A stretch of 64,000 nt of DNA from Octopus sinensis (Eukaryota): NCBI RefSeq assembly GCF_006345805.1, contig NC_043013.1, positions 32,178,001 through 32,242,000 of the forward strand, in the 5' to 3' direction. Below the pieces are notes generated by a model that saw nothing but the letters and a program-made list of their open reading frames with translations, had not been told where the DNA came from and ran no database searches. The translations under genes and the position numbers were made by a program. Shown here one piece after another: positions 38,451 through 50,487 of the stretch (the first letter of the stretch is position 1; each line of letters opens with the position of its first letter).

Positions 38451-39040
38451 TTGTTTGTAAACATGCACATACACACATACACACACACACATACACACAC
38501 ACACACATACACACACACATACACACACACACACATAAATATATATATATATTGAAAGAGAGAAAAGGAGAAAGAGAGAGAGAGAGAGCTCCCAGAAAGC
38601 TATAAGTTGTTGCTCAAACACTCACCTCTGAGTATTTTGGTTTCCAAGTCAGAAACTGTTGCAAGTCAATGAAGTTGATTATGAAATTTTTTCATTCGTT
38701 GATTCCTTGTCATGTGACTTTTGTTTTTGAGAAAAAATCAAAATTCACATCTTAAAATGTCATATAGCATCAACTACGTGTTAGTCAAAGACCATCCCAA
38801 GACACATGGTTCCTTCTACTTCCGTTTCTATTTCCAATCTCTGTCTTCTTCTCTCTGCCCCTCCGCCCTTCCTTCCTTCCTCCTTTCTCTTTCTGCTCTT
38901 CTAAACAAAATAAAACAACATCCTCTTTTCGATCTGTATAGAAGAGTGAAGAAAATTTCTGTGCATCATATCTAAAGAGTTCCATTGAACGGACGGAAGC
39001 GCTATTAAAGAATTATCCCGAATTTTGACTGCCTCCTTCT

Positions 39041-39093
<53 letters not shown>

Positions 39094-39296
39094 TGTGTGT
39101 GTGTTTACAAACAATTTATGCATTGTTTTCCTGCATTATGTGATCTAGCTGTGTTTCGTCAGACGAAATATAAATCTGCATGTCCGCTCAGGCAACAACG
39201 CATGCGAAAAAAAATATCATTAACAAATACACGATCACCACGCCACTTCACAAATACGCATACACATGAACCGCCGAAAATCAATTTAAGGTCCGT

Positions 39297-39505
39297 TATC
39301 GTTTTAAATTTTGGCACAAAGTCAGCAATTTTAGTAGGAGGGTGTTAGTCGATTACATTGACTCCAGTACTTAACTGGTACCTATCTTATCGTCCTCGAA
39401 TGGATCAGAAGCAAACTTGATCCCGTCGGGATTTGACAGCGAAACGCAAAGAGCCGGAAGAAATAACACTAAACATTGTGTCCAACGCGGCAGCACGCCA
39501 CCTTA
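39297..39505 (-). mobile_element. SINE family A, diverged
   Basis: Tail aaattttggcacaaagtcagc plus a degenerate core. Confidence 0.6.
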
Positions 39506-39566
39506 GCATACACAAAATTATGCAATCACTTTTGTTTCTGGCTATGCATAAATATGTTTCTATTAG

Positions 39567-39927
39567 ATATATTTTCCCCATTTTTCCCACGTTCACGAAG
39601 GTGACCAAGATATCACAGTTCAGACACCGACAACATTTGTTAAAAGTCATTACAAACGGAGGACATATTCACCCGGGGCAACCAGAGAACCCCAACTGCT
39701 CCCGTCTATACAGTAATTTCCATGTGCTTTTATGAGCTAGTAAATTACAGAAGTAGTGATATTTCATTTTCAGAGACACGAGTAATTTATTTTCTGCTAC
39801 GAAAGATCTGTCATTTGTTTCCGGGTCCAGGAACATTAATTCTGATATGCGCTGGAATATAATGAAGGAGTGTTACATAGGTCAACAAACATCACACTCT
39901 CTAGTTTCTAACTTCTTAGATCAGTAA
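39567..39927 (+). CDS. Candidate pair of coding exons (39567-39712, 39774-39927), product unknown
   Basis: AG acceptor at 39565-66 and a 61-nt gtaatt...atttcattttcag intron; phases are compatible, giving ...HEGDQDITVQTPTTFVKSHYKRRTYSPGATREPQLLPSIQDTSNLFSATKDLSFVSGSRNINSDMRWNIMKECYIGQQTSHSLVSNFLDQ*. No recognisable homology. Confidence 0.25.
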
Positions 39928-40503
39928 TAATATAACTCGGAACGACAGGTGATATACCAGAAATACTGTGCGATAACAAACATGGTCTACATTCCTCCGA
40001 TTTACGCGTCTCACGGCGCCGTTTCTGAATATCGCTTTTTTACTGGATGAAACTAGATCACGGATAGTTGTGTTTCTCCACTGTTGACTGGCAAGCATTT
40101 TTCACATGTACTCTGAGTTTTAAACCAATTATGTTCCCAGGAGGTAACATCTGGCTGCACATAGAGAATTGCAGAAAAGATTGGAGAGAGATGGAGCTCA
40201 AGAAAAAGCACGCGGCAGACGAGTTGCTCTGAAAGGAAATTTATAGGAGCGCTAATTAGATACCTCTGCCCTTATTCAAATCTTATATTTCTCCGTGGAT
40301 ACATGATTCTGATGCTAATTGCCAAATAGGTCTTGGTTGTCTTGGGCGAGATATACGGCTGAACCGTATGTATATGTTTGTGTATGCATGTGTAAGTATG
40401 CTAATATGTATGCGTCTGTGATTATACACATTGATTGGAACAGGTGTAAATGATTGTGTTATATGAGTCTGTGTGTTTATACATATATTATATTATATTA
40501 TAT

Positions 40504-40554
<51 letters not shown>

Positions 40555-41069
40555 CTATGTGTGTGCGCGTGTATGTGTGTGTAGAGTGTTTGAATGTGGT
40601 GTACAGATATTGTATATCGAGAAAAAGGAGGCTGTCAGAATTTCAGACAATTCTTTATCATCGCTTTCGTTCGTTGTTTAGAACAGGAGAAAAATATTTA
40701 TGTTCTTTTTTTGCGGTACGATTCATAATTCAATCTATTCTCTACGTACATTTAATCATACATCATAAATGAGCTTCGTAATAACATTTATATGGTATAT
40801 TTACCTGGGAGCCACTTTGTAGGATATAAATTATATAACAAAGCAGGGCCTTGTTAAATATATTATAGAGTATCTTTCATCCTGTTGTAGGATTTCTTAT
40901 TCTTTTTCTTGCTTGCTTTGATAAGATAATTCAAAAGAGATCTTTTTAACGAATTACATTACCAAGTAGCTACATTAGACATCTTTCCTAATCAGTGGCA
41001 AAATGGTTCTAGTATTCTTTCTCTGGTATATGTGAGTTCTATAAGAATAACAGTTGTCAAAATTCCTGT

Positions 41070-41151
<82 letters not shown>

Positions 41152-41164
41152 GTGTGTGTGTATA

Positions 41165-41250
41165 CAGGTTTGGCCAAAAGTTACCAACCATTTAATTCCA
41201 ATGTTTTTTTATGTTTAATAACTGAATGAATTTAATAAAAGCATCTAAAT
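41165..41250 (+). mobile_element. Tc1-like TIR remnant
   Basis: TA|CAGGTTTGGCCAAAAGTT resembles the TIR at 19162. Confidence 0.4.
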
Positions 41251-41317
41251 ATGAAACATCATGAAAATTGTTCAAACTGACGTCCTTCTTGAGCGACACA
41301 TTTTTCATTATATATAT

Positions 41318-41500
41318 AATGAGAATTTAAAAAAAAGATGAAAACGGGTGTGTAAACAACAAACATATGTATTAGTTTAACGCTCGGGAAGTGAGAAAGT
41401 CTTTTACATTTCGAGCCTATGCTCTTCGACAGAAAAGAACAAAGAAATAAACAGGGTGGGAAAATAAGAAAAGGTTTAGTGGCTAGCGATGTATCATGGC
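41318..41500 (-). mobile_element. Penelope-like repeat family P1 with variant HHR (41401-41436)
   Basis: UUUU CUGUCGA A GAGC-AUAG-GCUC GAAA UG UA AAAG. Confidence 0.7.
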
Positions 41501-41813
41501 GAACTGTGAAAGTAGCAGGGAAAGATTGGGCGATTACCTTTAGAAGACGGGAAAACGTTGCCAGCAGGCGACTACGAGGAGTCGAACCCAATATCCATCA
41601 GATACCGGCTGAGTATTCTAATCATTAAGCCAATGGTTATAAAATGTTCTCACATATGAAAAGTTATTATATCGCATTAAAATTAACGGCAATTGTTATC
41701 AGCGTCCGTTTAGCTATATTGAGTTCAAAATTACTTTCTTGTTGTAATACATATATATATATATATATATATAATATATATATATATATATACATACACA
41801 CACACACACACAC

Positions 41814-41870
<57 letters not shown>

Positions 41871-42054
41871 AATATAAAAGGGCTTAGTAAAATAAATTAC
41901 TTTGCCACATACTGAACTCATTAGAAATAGCAGCCAAAAAAGTTTTTTAGCTATTTCTAATACTTAAGAAAATTTCTCTCAGATAGTGTTACTCAGAATA
42001 ACCCACGAAGGTATGGGGGTAAAAAACATTAAAAAATCACAAGTGCAAAGATTA

Positions 42055-42116
42055 TTGAGAACGTTACGTTTCTAGATCAGCCAAATAAAATTCGACATTT
42101 CTTTCGTCAGCCCAAA
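42055..42116 (-). ncRNA. Hammerhead-like motif in the inverted unit
   Basis: Reverse complement of the same motif (tcgtcag at 42104-42110). Confidence 0.55.
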
Positions 42117-42400
42117 ATTTCTTAATTTGGATTTGGAAACACTGAAAGTAGGAACATACCCTTTTGGCGACTTAACACCTCAGACGACCCGTTCAAACTG
42201 ACAGTGCCCTCAAATTCAAAATATGCAAGCGAAGAATTCTGTTCTCCCTCTCCACCCACGTGGGCTAAACTAGCAAACACCATATTTTAGCGGTGAAAAC
42301 CGAGGCAATAAACAGAGAGAAATGAATTATAATTTCAACAATTGAGGGTAATTCAAATAATGTTCCTACTTTCAGTGTTTCCAAATCCAAATTAAGAAAT

Positions 42401-42463
42401 TTTGGGCTGACGAAAGAAATGTCGAATTTTATTTGGCTGATCTAGAAACGTAACGTTCTCAAA
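42401..42463 (+). ncRNA. Type I hammerhead ribozyme-like motif, array unit 1
   Basis: UUUGGG [CUGACGA] A AGA aau GUCGAAU-uuu-AUUUGGC uga UCU A [GAAA] CG-UAA-CG [UU] CUCAAA; 6-bp stem I plus a 4-bp extension, GUU triplet, predicted cut after 42457. Confidence 0.6.
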
Positions 42464-42966
42464 TAATCTTTGCACTTGTGATTTTTTAATGTTTTTTACC
42501 CCCATACCTTCGTGGGTTATTCTGAGTAAACACTATCTGAGAGAAATTTTCTTTAAGTATTAGAAATAGCTAAAAAAACTTTTTTGGCTGCTATTTCTAA
42601 TGAGTTCAGTATGTGGCAAAGTAATTTATTTTACTAAGCCCTTTTATATTAATGTAATATTTTGAATTCGCCTTAAATGGTCCTTTTACATACTGAATAC
42701 TTGGTGAAATTGATTAATAACTAATTAAGTTTACCCTCAATTGTTGAAATTATAATTCATTTCTCTCTGTTTATTGCCTCGGTTTTCACCGCTAAAATAT
42801 GGTGTTTGCTAGTTTAGCCCACGTGGGTGGAGAGGGAGAACAGGAATTCTTCGCTTGCATATTTTGAATTTGTTGGCACTGTCAGTTTGAACGGGTCGTC
42901 TGAGGTGTTAAGTCGCCAAAAGGGTGTGTTCCTACTTTCAGTGTTTCCAAATCCAAATTAAGAAAT

Positions 42967-43029
42967 TTGGGGCTGACGAAAGAAATGTCGAATTTTATTT
43001 GGCTGATCTAGAAACGTAACGTTCTCAAA
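42967..43029 (+). ncRNA. Hammerhead-like motif, array unit 2
   Basis: Same motif; CUGACGA at 42973, predicted cut after 43023. Confidence 0.55.
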
Positions 43030-43524
43030 TAATCTTTGCACTTGTGATTTTTTAATGTTTTTTACCCCCATACCGTGGGGTATTCTGAGTAAACACTATC
43101 TGAGAGAAATTTTCTTTAAGTATTAGAAATAGCTAAAAAAACTTTTTTGGCTGCTATTTCTAATGAGTTCAGTATGTGGCAAGTAATTTATTTTACTAAG
43201 CCCTTTTATATTAATGTATATTTTGAATTCGCCTTAAATGGTCCTTTTACATACTGAATACTTGGTGAAATTGATTAATAACTAATTAAGTTTACCCTCA
43301 ATTGTTGAAATTATAATTCATTTCTCTCTGTTATTGCCTCGGTTTTCACCGCTAAAATATGGTGTTTGCTAGTTTAGCCCACGTGGGTGGAGAGGGAGAA
43401 CAGGAATCTTCGCTTGCATATTTTGAATTTGTTGGCACTGTCAGTTTGAACGGGTCGTCTGAGGTGTTAAGTCGCCAAAAGGGTGTGTTCCTACTTTCAG
43501 TGTTTCCAAATCCAAATTAAGAAT

Positions 43525-43587
43525 TTGGGGCTGACGAAAGAAATGTCGAATTTTATTTGGCTGATCTAGAAACGTAACGTTCTCAAA
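43525..43587 (+). ncRNA. Hammerhead-like motif, array unit 3
   Basis: Same motif; CUGACGA at 43531, predicted cut after 43581. Confidence 0.55.
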
Positions 43588-43921
43588 TAATCTTTGCACT
43601 TGTGATTTTTTAATGTTTTTTACCCCCATACCTTCGTGGGTTATTCTGAGTAAACACTACTGAGAGAAATTTTCTTTAAGTATTAGAATAGCTAAAAAAA
43701 CTTTTTTGGCTGCTATTTCTAATGAGTTCAGTATGTGGCAAAGTAATTTATTTTACTAAGCCCTTTTATATTAATGTAATATTTTGAATTCGCCTTAAAT
43801 GGTCCTTTTACATACTGAATACTTGGTGAAATTGATTAATAACTAATTAAGTTTACCCTCAATGTTGAATTATATATATATATATAATATATATATATAT
43901 TATAGATATATATATATATAT

Positions 43922-44032
43922 ATCACGTGATCACGTGACCGACCAGACCATCAGATGTTGTTACACATCGCTGGTCACAATGCGTTCGCATTGTTTTTGT
44001 CCTTCGACTCCGCTGGCTAAGCGAGCGGCCCA
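43922..44032 (-). mobile_element. Repeat family C fragment
   Basis: gaccatcagatgttgttacacatcgctggtcacaatgc shared with 44905-45095. Confidence 0.65.
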
Positions 44033-44481
44033 TTATATAATATATATTTATATATAATATAGTATAATATACTATATAAATTGAATGATATAAAATTTAG
44101 CTATACTATCTATATATATAATTACTATATACTATATAAAAGTATAAGATAATATAACATAACAAATTTTTAAAAAGCACATTTAAAGCCAACAATTTGT
44201 TTCGACTTACATGCAGTAGTGAGTTTATAAAAAAATTTCTATCTATTTATACAATCCTCTTCGGGGCCTTGGTTAAGAAAAAAAAACATACGACATTCTA
44301 TGTTAGGACTGCCACATTGCATAAGTTGCAGAAATACTGATTCAAAAATGCCAATGTTTAGAAGTGTAAACGTTCAGAATTCAAATACACGATAAGTATA
44401 ATTAAAAAATAATACTTTCCTATATACACTCTACTTTCCTTAAATACACTTTACTTATATACTATATATATTTAATTCTTC

Positions 44482-44879
44482 ATTGCCCACAAGGGGCTAA
44501 ACATAGAGGGGACAAACAAGGACCGACAAATGGATTAAGTCGATCACATCGACCCCAGTGCGTAGCTGGTACTTATTTAATCGACCCCGAAAGGATGAAA
44601 GGCAAAGTCGACCTCGGCGGAATTTGAACTCAGAACGTAGCAGCAGACGAAATACCTATTTCTTTATTACCCACAAGGGGCTAAACACAGAGAGAACAAG
44701 CAAGGACAGACAAACGGATTAAATCGATTATATCGACCCCATTAACTGGTACTTACTTAATCGACCCCGAAAGGATGAAAGGCAAAGTCAACCTCGGCGG
44801 AATTTGAACTCAGAACGTAACGGCAATCGAAATACCGCTAAGCATTTCGCCCGGCGTGTTAACGTTTCTGCCAGCTCGC
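44482..44879 (-). mobile_element. SINE family A, dimeric
   Basis: Two cores plus linker units, head at about 44879. Confidence 0.87.
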
Positions 44880-44904
44880 CACTTTATATATACTATATAT
44901 ATAT

Positions 44905-45095
44905 CATGCGACCAAGTGGCCGACCAGGCCATCAGATGTTGTTACACATCGCTGGTCACAATGCCTGCATTGTTTTAGCATTCAAATGACACCATCCTGC
45001 TTGGCTAGGGGACAGACGACACTCAAGAACTCAACGCGCCGCCCAATCACGAAATCGAACCCACGATCGAGCGATAGTGAGTGTAACAACCTAAC
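44905..45095 (-). mobile_element. Repeat family C with tRNA-like B box (SINE-like)
   Basis: The - strand reads gtgggttcgatttcgtg, followed by the family C body. Confidence 0.55.
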
Positions 45096-45271
45096 TGATA
45101 TATATTTTGTCCATAACAAGGAAATGAGTCTCTCAAGAGATATAACTCAAATTACCAACGCGATATACTTTGAAATATCAGTAACGAATACAAAATATGA
45201 CATAAATTAAATACATATGCACGCACACGCACACATATATATATATATAAATACATATGTACGTATTTACA

Positions 45272-45519
45272 TATTCTTTTATTCTTCTACTTGTTTCAGT
45301 CATATGACGCCGGCCATGCTGGGGCAATATCTTAAAGGGTTTTAATCGAACAAATCTACCCCATGACTTATTCTTTGTAAGCCTAGTACTTATCCTATCG
45401 GTCTCTTTTGTTATAGGGACGTAAATACATCAAGTTATAGGGACGTAAATATACCAACATCGGTTGTCAATCGATAGAGGGGGAACAAATTCAGACACAC
45501 AAATACAAACACACACACA

Positions 45520-45578
<59 letters not shown>

Positions 45579-45850
45579 CATACATATGTATATATGTTTG
45601 TATGTATGTATGTATGTATGTATGTATGTATGTATGTATGCATGCATGCATGTATATATGTTTGTATGTATGTATGTATGCATGTATACAACGCGCTTCT
45701 TTCAGTTTCCGTCTACCAAATCCACTCAGAAGGCTTTAGTCGGCCCGAGGCCATACTAGAAGAGATATGCCCAAGGTTGCCACGCAGTGGGACTGAATCT
45801 AGGGCCATGTGGCTGGGAAGCAAGCTTCTTACACACAGTCACTCCTGCGA
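45272..45850 (-). mobile_element. SINE family B with expanded internal microsatellite
   Basis: Head at 45850 and tail at 45272, with (TA)n/(TATG)n inside. Confidence 0.82.
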
Positions 45851-45899
45851 TACATATATGCATATAAATATTATATGTATATACAGACACACACATATC

Positions 45900-45947
<48 letters not shown>

Positions 45948-46552
45948 TATATATATATAACCATAGAGTAAGCAGGTATGAGAGGTGAATATATATTTAA
46001 TCTAACTGCGTAACTCCGAAAGGATTACGGCCGTTTCGCAACCATCTTCATGTAACATTAATTTCCTTAGGGAAGAAATTATGTGTACGTGCTTGTATTA
46101 ATATGTATGCTCAGCATTATACAATACAAGAATATATTCAGATATTAATAGAAATAACGAAAGGTACCTCATCAGATCACCATATGATTATGGCTACGCC
46201 ATCAATTGAACTCTAAGTATCCCCACAAAACTATATGTATCTTTATATTTACTTGTATGTGTGTATGTGTGTATATGTAGAATATACATAACGATATATG
46301 TATGTGTTTATGCATGTCTGCCTATCTGTTTGAATGTATGTATGCATTTATGGATATATGTATGTATGAGATGTATGAATGTATGTATGTATGTGTGAAT
46401 GAAAGTATGTATGTAATATATTATTTCTCGTTCTCTTTCTTAATCTTCCCAGATTTTTTTCTACTTTTCATGAAAAGGACACCAACTCCGAAGCTATGAA
46501 AGACACTTTTCCTGTCAGTTTTGCTTTAACGACTGTTTTTTATTTGACATTA

Positions 46553-46567
46553 CACACTCACGCACAC

Positions 46568-46606
<39 letters not shown>

Positions 46607-46645
46607 CACACACACACACACCACACACACACACACACATACACA

Positions 46646-46699
<54 letters not shown>

Positions 46700-46755
46700 C
46701 ATGTATATATATATATACATGTATATATATTTATAGATATATATATACAAATAGC

Positions 46756-46792
<37 letters not shown>
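46553..46792. repeat. (CA)n/(TA)n microsatellite
   Basis: Direct reading. Confidence 0.95.
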
Positions 46793-46794
<2 letters not shown>

Positions 46795-47759
46795 AACACG
46801 CACATGCACATATACAATACGAAAGGGAAGTAGAGTGTATAAAGGAAAATGTGAGATGCATTTACAGTAGAGACGTTTTTATTGGCGTTGAGCAATGAGT
46901 AGAGACGCACGGTATGAAGCAGTATAGAACATCATTTTAGCCATAAATAAAACATAATCATGTCCCAGCAATGCTGAAACCAAAATTTCTTTGTGGAAGA
47001 ATAAAGACACTTGTGTATTTGTCTAAAATAAAGTATCATTGGTGCTACTGTGTATAATATAATATTAGCCACTAGAATTTTTAAGTGTCAGGTTTTAGAT
47101 AATTTGCATAATTACTTGTGTCTTATCATAGCTGGGGGCAATTACAATACTTACTTACAGCCATTTTTTTTTTCTGTTGATCAATGGTTACTACACGGTT
47201 ATTAGACTTTCACTCCAAATCGATTACGTATAATTAGGCAATTTCGTGTGTGTATAATATCTTTCATAGAATTTAATACATGTACAAATTTCAGCACAGA
47301 AAAATGAAGTTTTATTTAAAATGTGAAAGCACGAAGAGAAACGTTTATAGCACTTTAGCATATAAATCGGATAAAATTGGCCGACCATAAAAAGACTGTA
47401 TCATTTATTCATAGCGTTCATATTGATGGGTTATTATATCTTGTATCATGGTAACTTTGCACCAATTTTCGCATCGGTGGATCATGTCTTCTTAATTCTT
47501 ATATTTCTATATAGTTCGCTAGTTAGTTGGTCCGTCGTTGTCGACGATAACCTAGGACATGTTTCCATATAACATCATATAACGGAGGTGAATTTAGCTG
47601 AATACTTAGAGAAGTATTTAGTAACAAACTTTTAAGTTCTGGTTTCAAATCTTGGATTGGTCGACTTGACATTGTATTCATTATGAGTCGAGAAAAAACA
47701 TACCACATAGGTATTTTGATATAATGAACCATACTCCTATAAATTTGAGGCTTTGGGTC

Positions 47760-47890
47760 TATATTGGCTTCAAATTTTGGCACAAAGTCAGCAATTTCGA
47801 AGAAGAGCTAAGTCGATTACATCAACCCCAGAGCTCGACTGGTACTTATTTTATTAACTACTAAAGGATGAAAGGCAAAGTGGACGTCTG
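47760..47890 (-). mobile_element. SINE family A, 3' part
   Basis: Tail and core match. Confidence 0.7.
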
Positions 47891-48339
47891 TGAAATCTTA
47901 AGTCATAACATAAAGAAGGAAGATATACCGGTGAGAATTTTCTCGGCGTGGCTTTAGGCCTATATTAAAAATAAATTTAGATCGTGTTGTTTAGTTTCTG
48001 CTCATATAAATCAGATATATATCTCAATGTATTTTTAGGCCTCATCGATTTCGATTTCATTCAGGCTTAATGTGTAATCAGACCTTATTATCCAAAGGGT
48101 CCTCTTTATAAGATGGTAGGACGTGATTTAAGCGATGTTAGGTGCTAGTTCTATCTAGTAGATAAACAACGAAGAGTTTCCTTTTGGCTCATTTTTAGTT
48201 AGTGCTAAGATACTTCTCATAGATTCTCTGAGATGCATCATGTGTGATGGGAGTTAAGACAATTCGACCTGAATTGACCAAGCCCTAGCTTGCATCAAAT
48301 CATTGTTTATTCTCTTTATTCCAAGCAATCTTATTTCTT

Positions 48340-48525
48340 TACTGCCCACAAAGGGCTGCACACACAGAGGACAAACAAGGACAGACAAACGGATTAAGTC
48401 GATTATATCGACCCCAATGCGTAACTTGTACTTATTTAATCGACCCCGAAAGGATGAAAGGCAAAGTCAACCAAAGTCAAACTCTTTACCCGAAATTGCT
48501 GGCCTCGTGCCAAAATTTGAAGCCT
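48340..48525 (-). mobile_element. SINE family A fragments (linker, core, tail)
   Basis: cccacaaagggctgcacacacagaggacaaacaaggacagac plus core. Confidence 0.75.
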
Positions 48526-49357
48526 ATATTTACATCATGTTTATATAACTGCCATAACATTATCAGAGCTTTAGTATTAAGAAAGCATAATTGTTCTGGT
48601 GCATAATTTGCAAATATACGTTTTCATGCCATATTACTGAAAGACTGTGATCATCTGTGATCATGGTATGGAACTGAAGGAATTCTTAATGTTTGTTTTC
48701 AAAACCAAAGCTTTTCTCTTCAATATAAATAAATATTGCAATAATACCTGCTACATAAGGTTTTCGGCACATACTATCGTGTATCCGTTTTGTTACAAAT
48801 ATATTTTAAATCATTTCTTAATTAGCCGTATGATTGATGAACATGATATAGCTTTAAACCACAACCTTCATTAAGAATGCATCCATCAATTAACGGGTAT
48901 AAAATGCTTTGATCGATGTCTTCCGTACCCTTTGTAATCAGATTTCTTCTCTTGTGTCCAACGGCAAAATATCCTATTAAAACCTGCGAAATCCTCTTAA
49001 GTTTTCCATTAGCTTTCCTACTTATTGACACAGTGATGAAAATATTCTTTAGCCCACCGGTTTCTTCTGATAATTAATTTATTAAGGAATAACTAACTTG
49101 ATGGAACGGATTTCTCTCGACGATTATTGGCTACGGCTGAATACGTACGCATAAGTGGGTGCGAAAATTAATAATGTTTTTAATAACAATCAATATCGAG
49201 TCACAGAATCGCTTCTCCCACCCAAAATTTTACATTGTACGGTGCTAATATACAGACTAAATACATTTTTCATTATAATTTTTCATTATAATTCATTAGA
49301 ATTGTTTCTGGGGTTGCTGTCATTGTTGTTTTATCCCTGGAATTTTTTTTTTGTACT

Positions 49358-49555
49358 CTAGGCACAAGGCCCGAAATTTTGGGGGAGGGGACCAGTCGAT
49401 TAGATCAACTCCGGTACGCTACTGGTACTTAATTTATCGACTCCGAAAGGATGAAAGGCAAAGTCGACCTCGTCGGAATTTGAACTCAGAACATAAAGAC
49501 AGACGAAATACCGCTAAGCATTTCGCCCGGCGTGCTAACGTTTCTGCCAGCTCCT
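49358..49555 (-). mobile_element. SINE family A, full length
   Basis: Reverse-complement match. Confidence 0.88.
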
Positions 49556-49699
49556 GGTCAAATGCATTCCAGACGTCTCATAGATTTCGGATATCCAGGA
49601 CTATGATATAAATTTATTTATAATATGATATAATTTGGCTATCGAGCGTTAATACATATTTTATATAATATTGTATAATTTGCATATCTAAGATTATTT

Positions 49700-49906
49700 T
49701 ATAATTTATATATGATACATAATTTCGATATCTAGGATATTTGTATATGACTAAGACTAGATATATAATTCTATATATATAACATATCTACGACTTTGAA
49801 ATAATTCTATATATAACGTTATATCTCCGACTATGGTATAGTTCTATATATGACATAATATCTACGACTGATATAATTCTATATATACCATTTTATCTAC
49901 GACTTT
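49700..49906. repeat. AT-rich ~37-bp degenerate minisatellite (tatctacgactttgaaataattctatatataac)
   Basis: Four to five degenerate units; resumes at 50226. Confidence 0.65.
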
Positions 49907-50225
49907 AGATAAACTTAGATAAACTTAGATATGTTTCGACCAAAGATTGGTCCAGGCCATGTCTAACTTAATAGCACCATCTGATAGGATTTTGCGAATC
50001 CTGTTTAAGGCAAGTTTTGTTCAAGTAGTGAGTTCTTGTTGGGTGAGTTGTATCAAGTTTTGTTCAAGTAGTGAGTTCTTGTTGGGTGAGTTGTATCCAA
50101 TTATGGGTGGCTTATCTGGTATTCTTTGAAGGAATCTATCCAGACTCTGTTTAAAGTTGATGGGATCCTTTTCCTCTTTGATCTCCTTCGGGACAATTTG
50201 TCCTTCGGGACAATTTGTCCTTCGG
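49907..50225 (-). mobile_element. 5'-truncated CR1/L2-like LINE 3' end
   Basis: VPKEIKEEKDPINFKQSLDRFLQRIPDKPP..GY...NKNSL; 3' UTR tattaagttagacatggcctg shared with the 53.6-kb copy; (ATCTAAGTTT)n tail. Confidence 0.78.
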
Positions 50226-50257
50226 GACTTTGAAATAATTCTATAAATAACATTCAC

Positions 50258-50445
50258 CATGATCGACTGCTAACCACTAAAGCATTTTTCATTCTCTGTT
50301 TATTTTCTCGTGTTCCTTTCTGTTGAAGAGCGTAGGCTCAAAACGTAAAAGACTTTCTAACCTTCCCAAGCGTTAAACTAATACACCTGTTTCTTGTTTA
50401 CACACCTGTCTTCTTTTTTTGCTTTTTTGTAAATTCCAACTATAT
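50258..50445 (+). mobile_element. Penelope-like repeat family P1 with variant HHR (50316-50351)
   Basis: CUUU CUGUUGA A GAGC-GUAG-GCUC AAAA CG UA AAAG (G12 mutated). Confidence 0.7.
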
Positions 50446-50487
50446 AACACATAGTTTTTATATTATATGATATTACATATTATATAA

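Larger units (their letters stand above)
41868..43872 (+). repeat. ~566-bp tandem array (about 2.7 direct units) preceded by a 484-bp inverted partial unit, flanked by (TA)n
   Basis: Units start at 42361, 42927 and 43486; 41868-42351 is the reverse complement; differences are mostly single-base indels. Confidence 0.95.

Noticed and set aside
38619-38750. Minus-strand coding exon ending at GAG|gtgagt
   Set aside because: All three frames from the nearest acceptor contain stops; only a first-exon reading is possible and it is unsupported.
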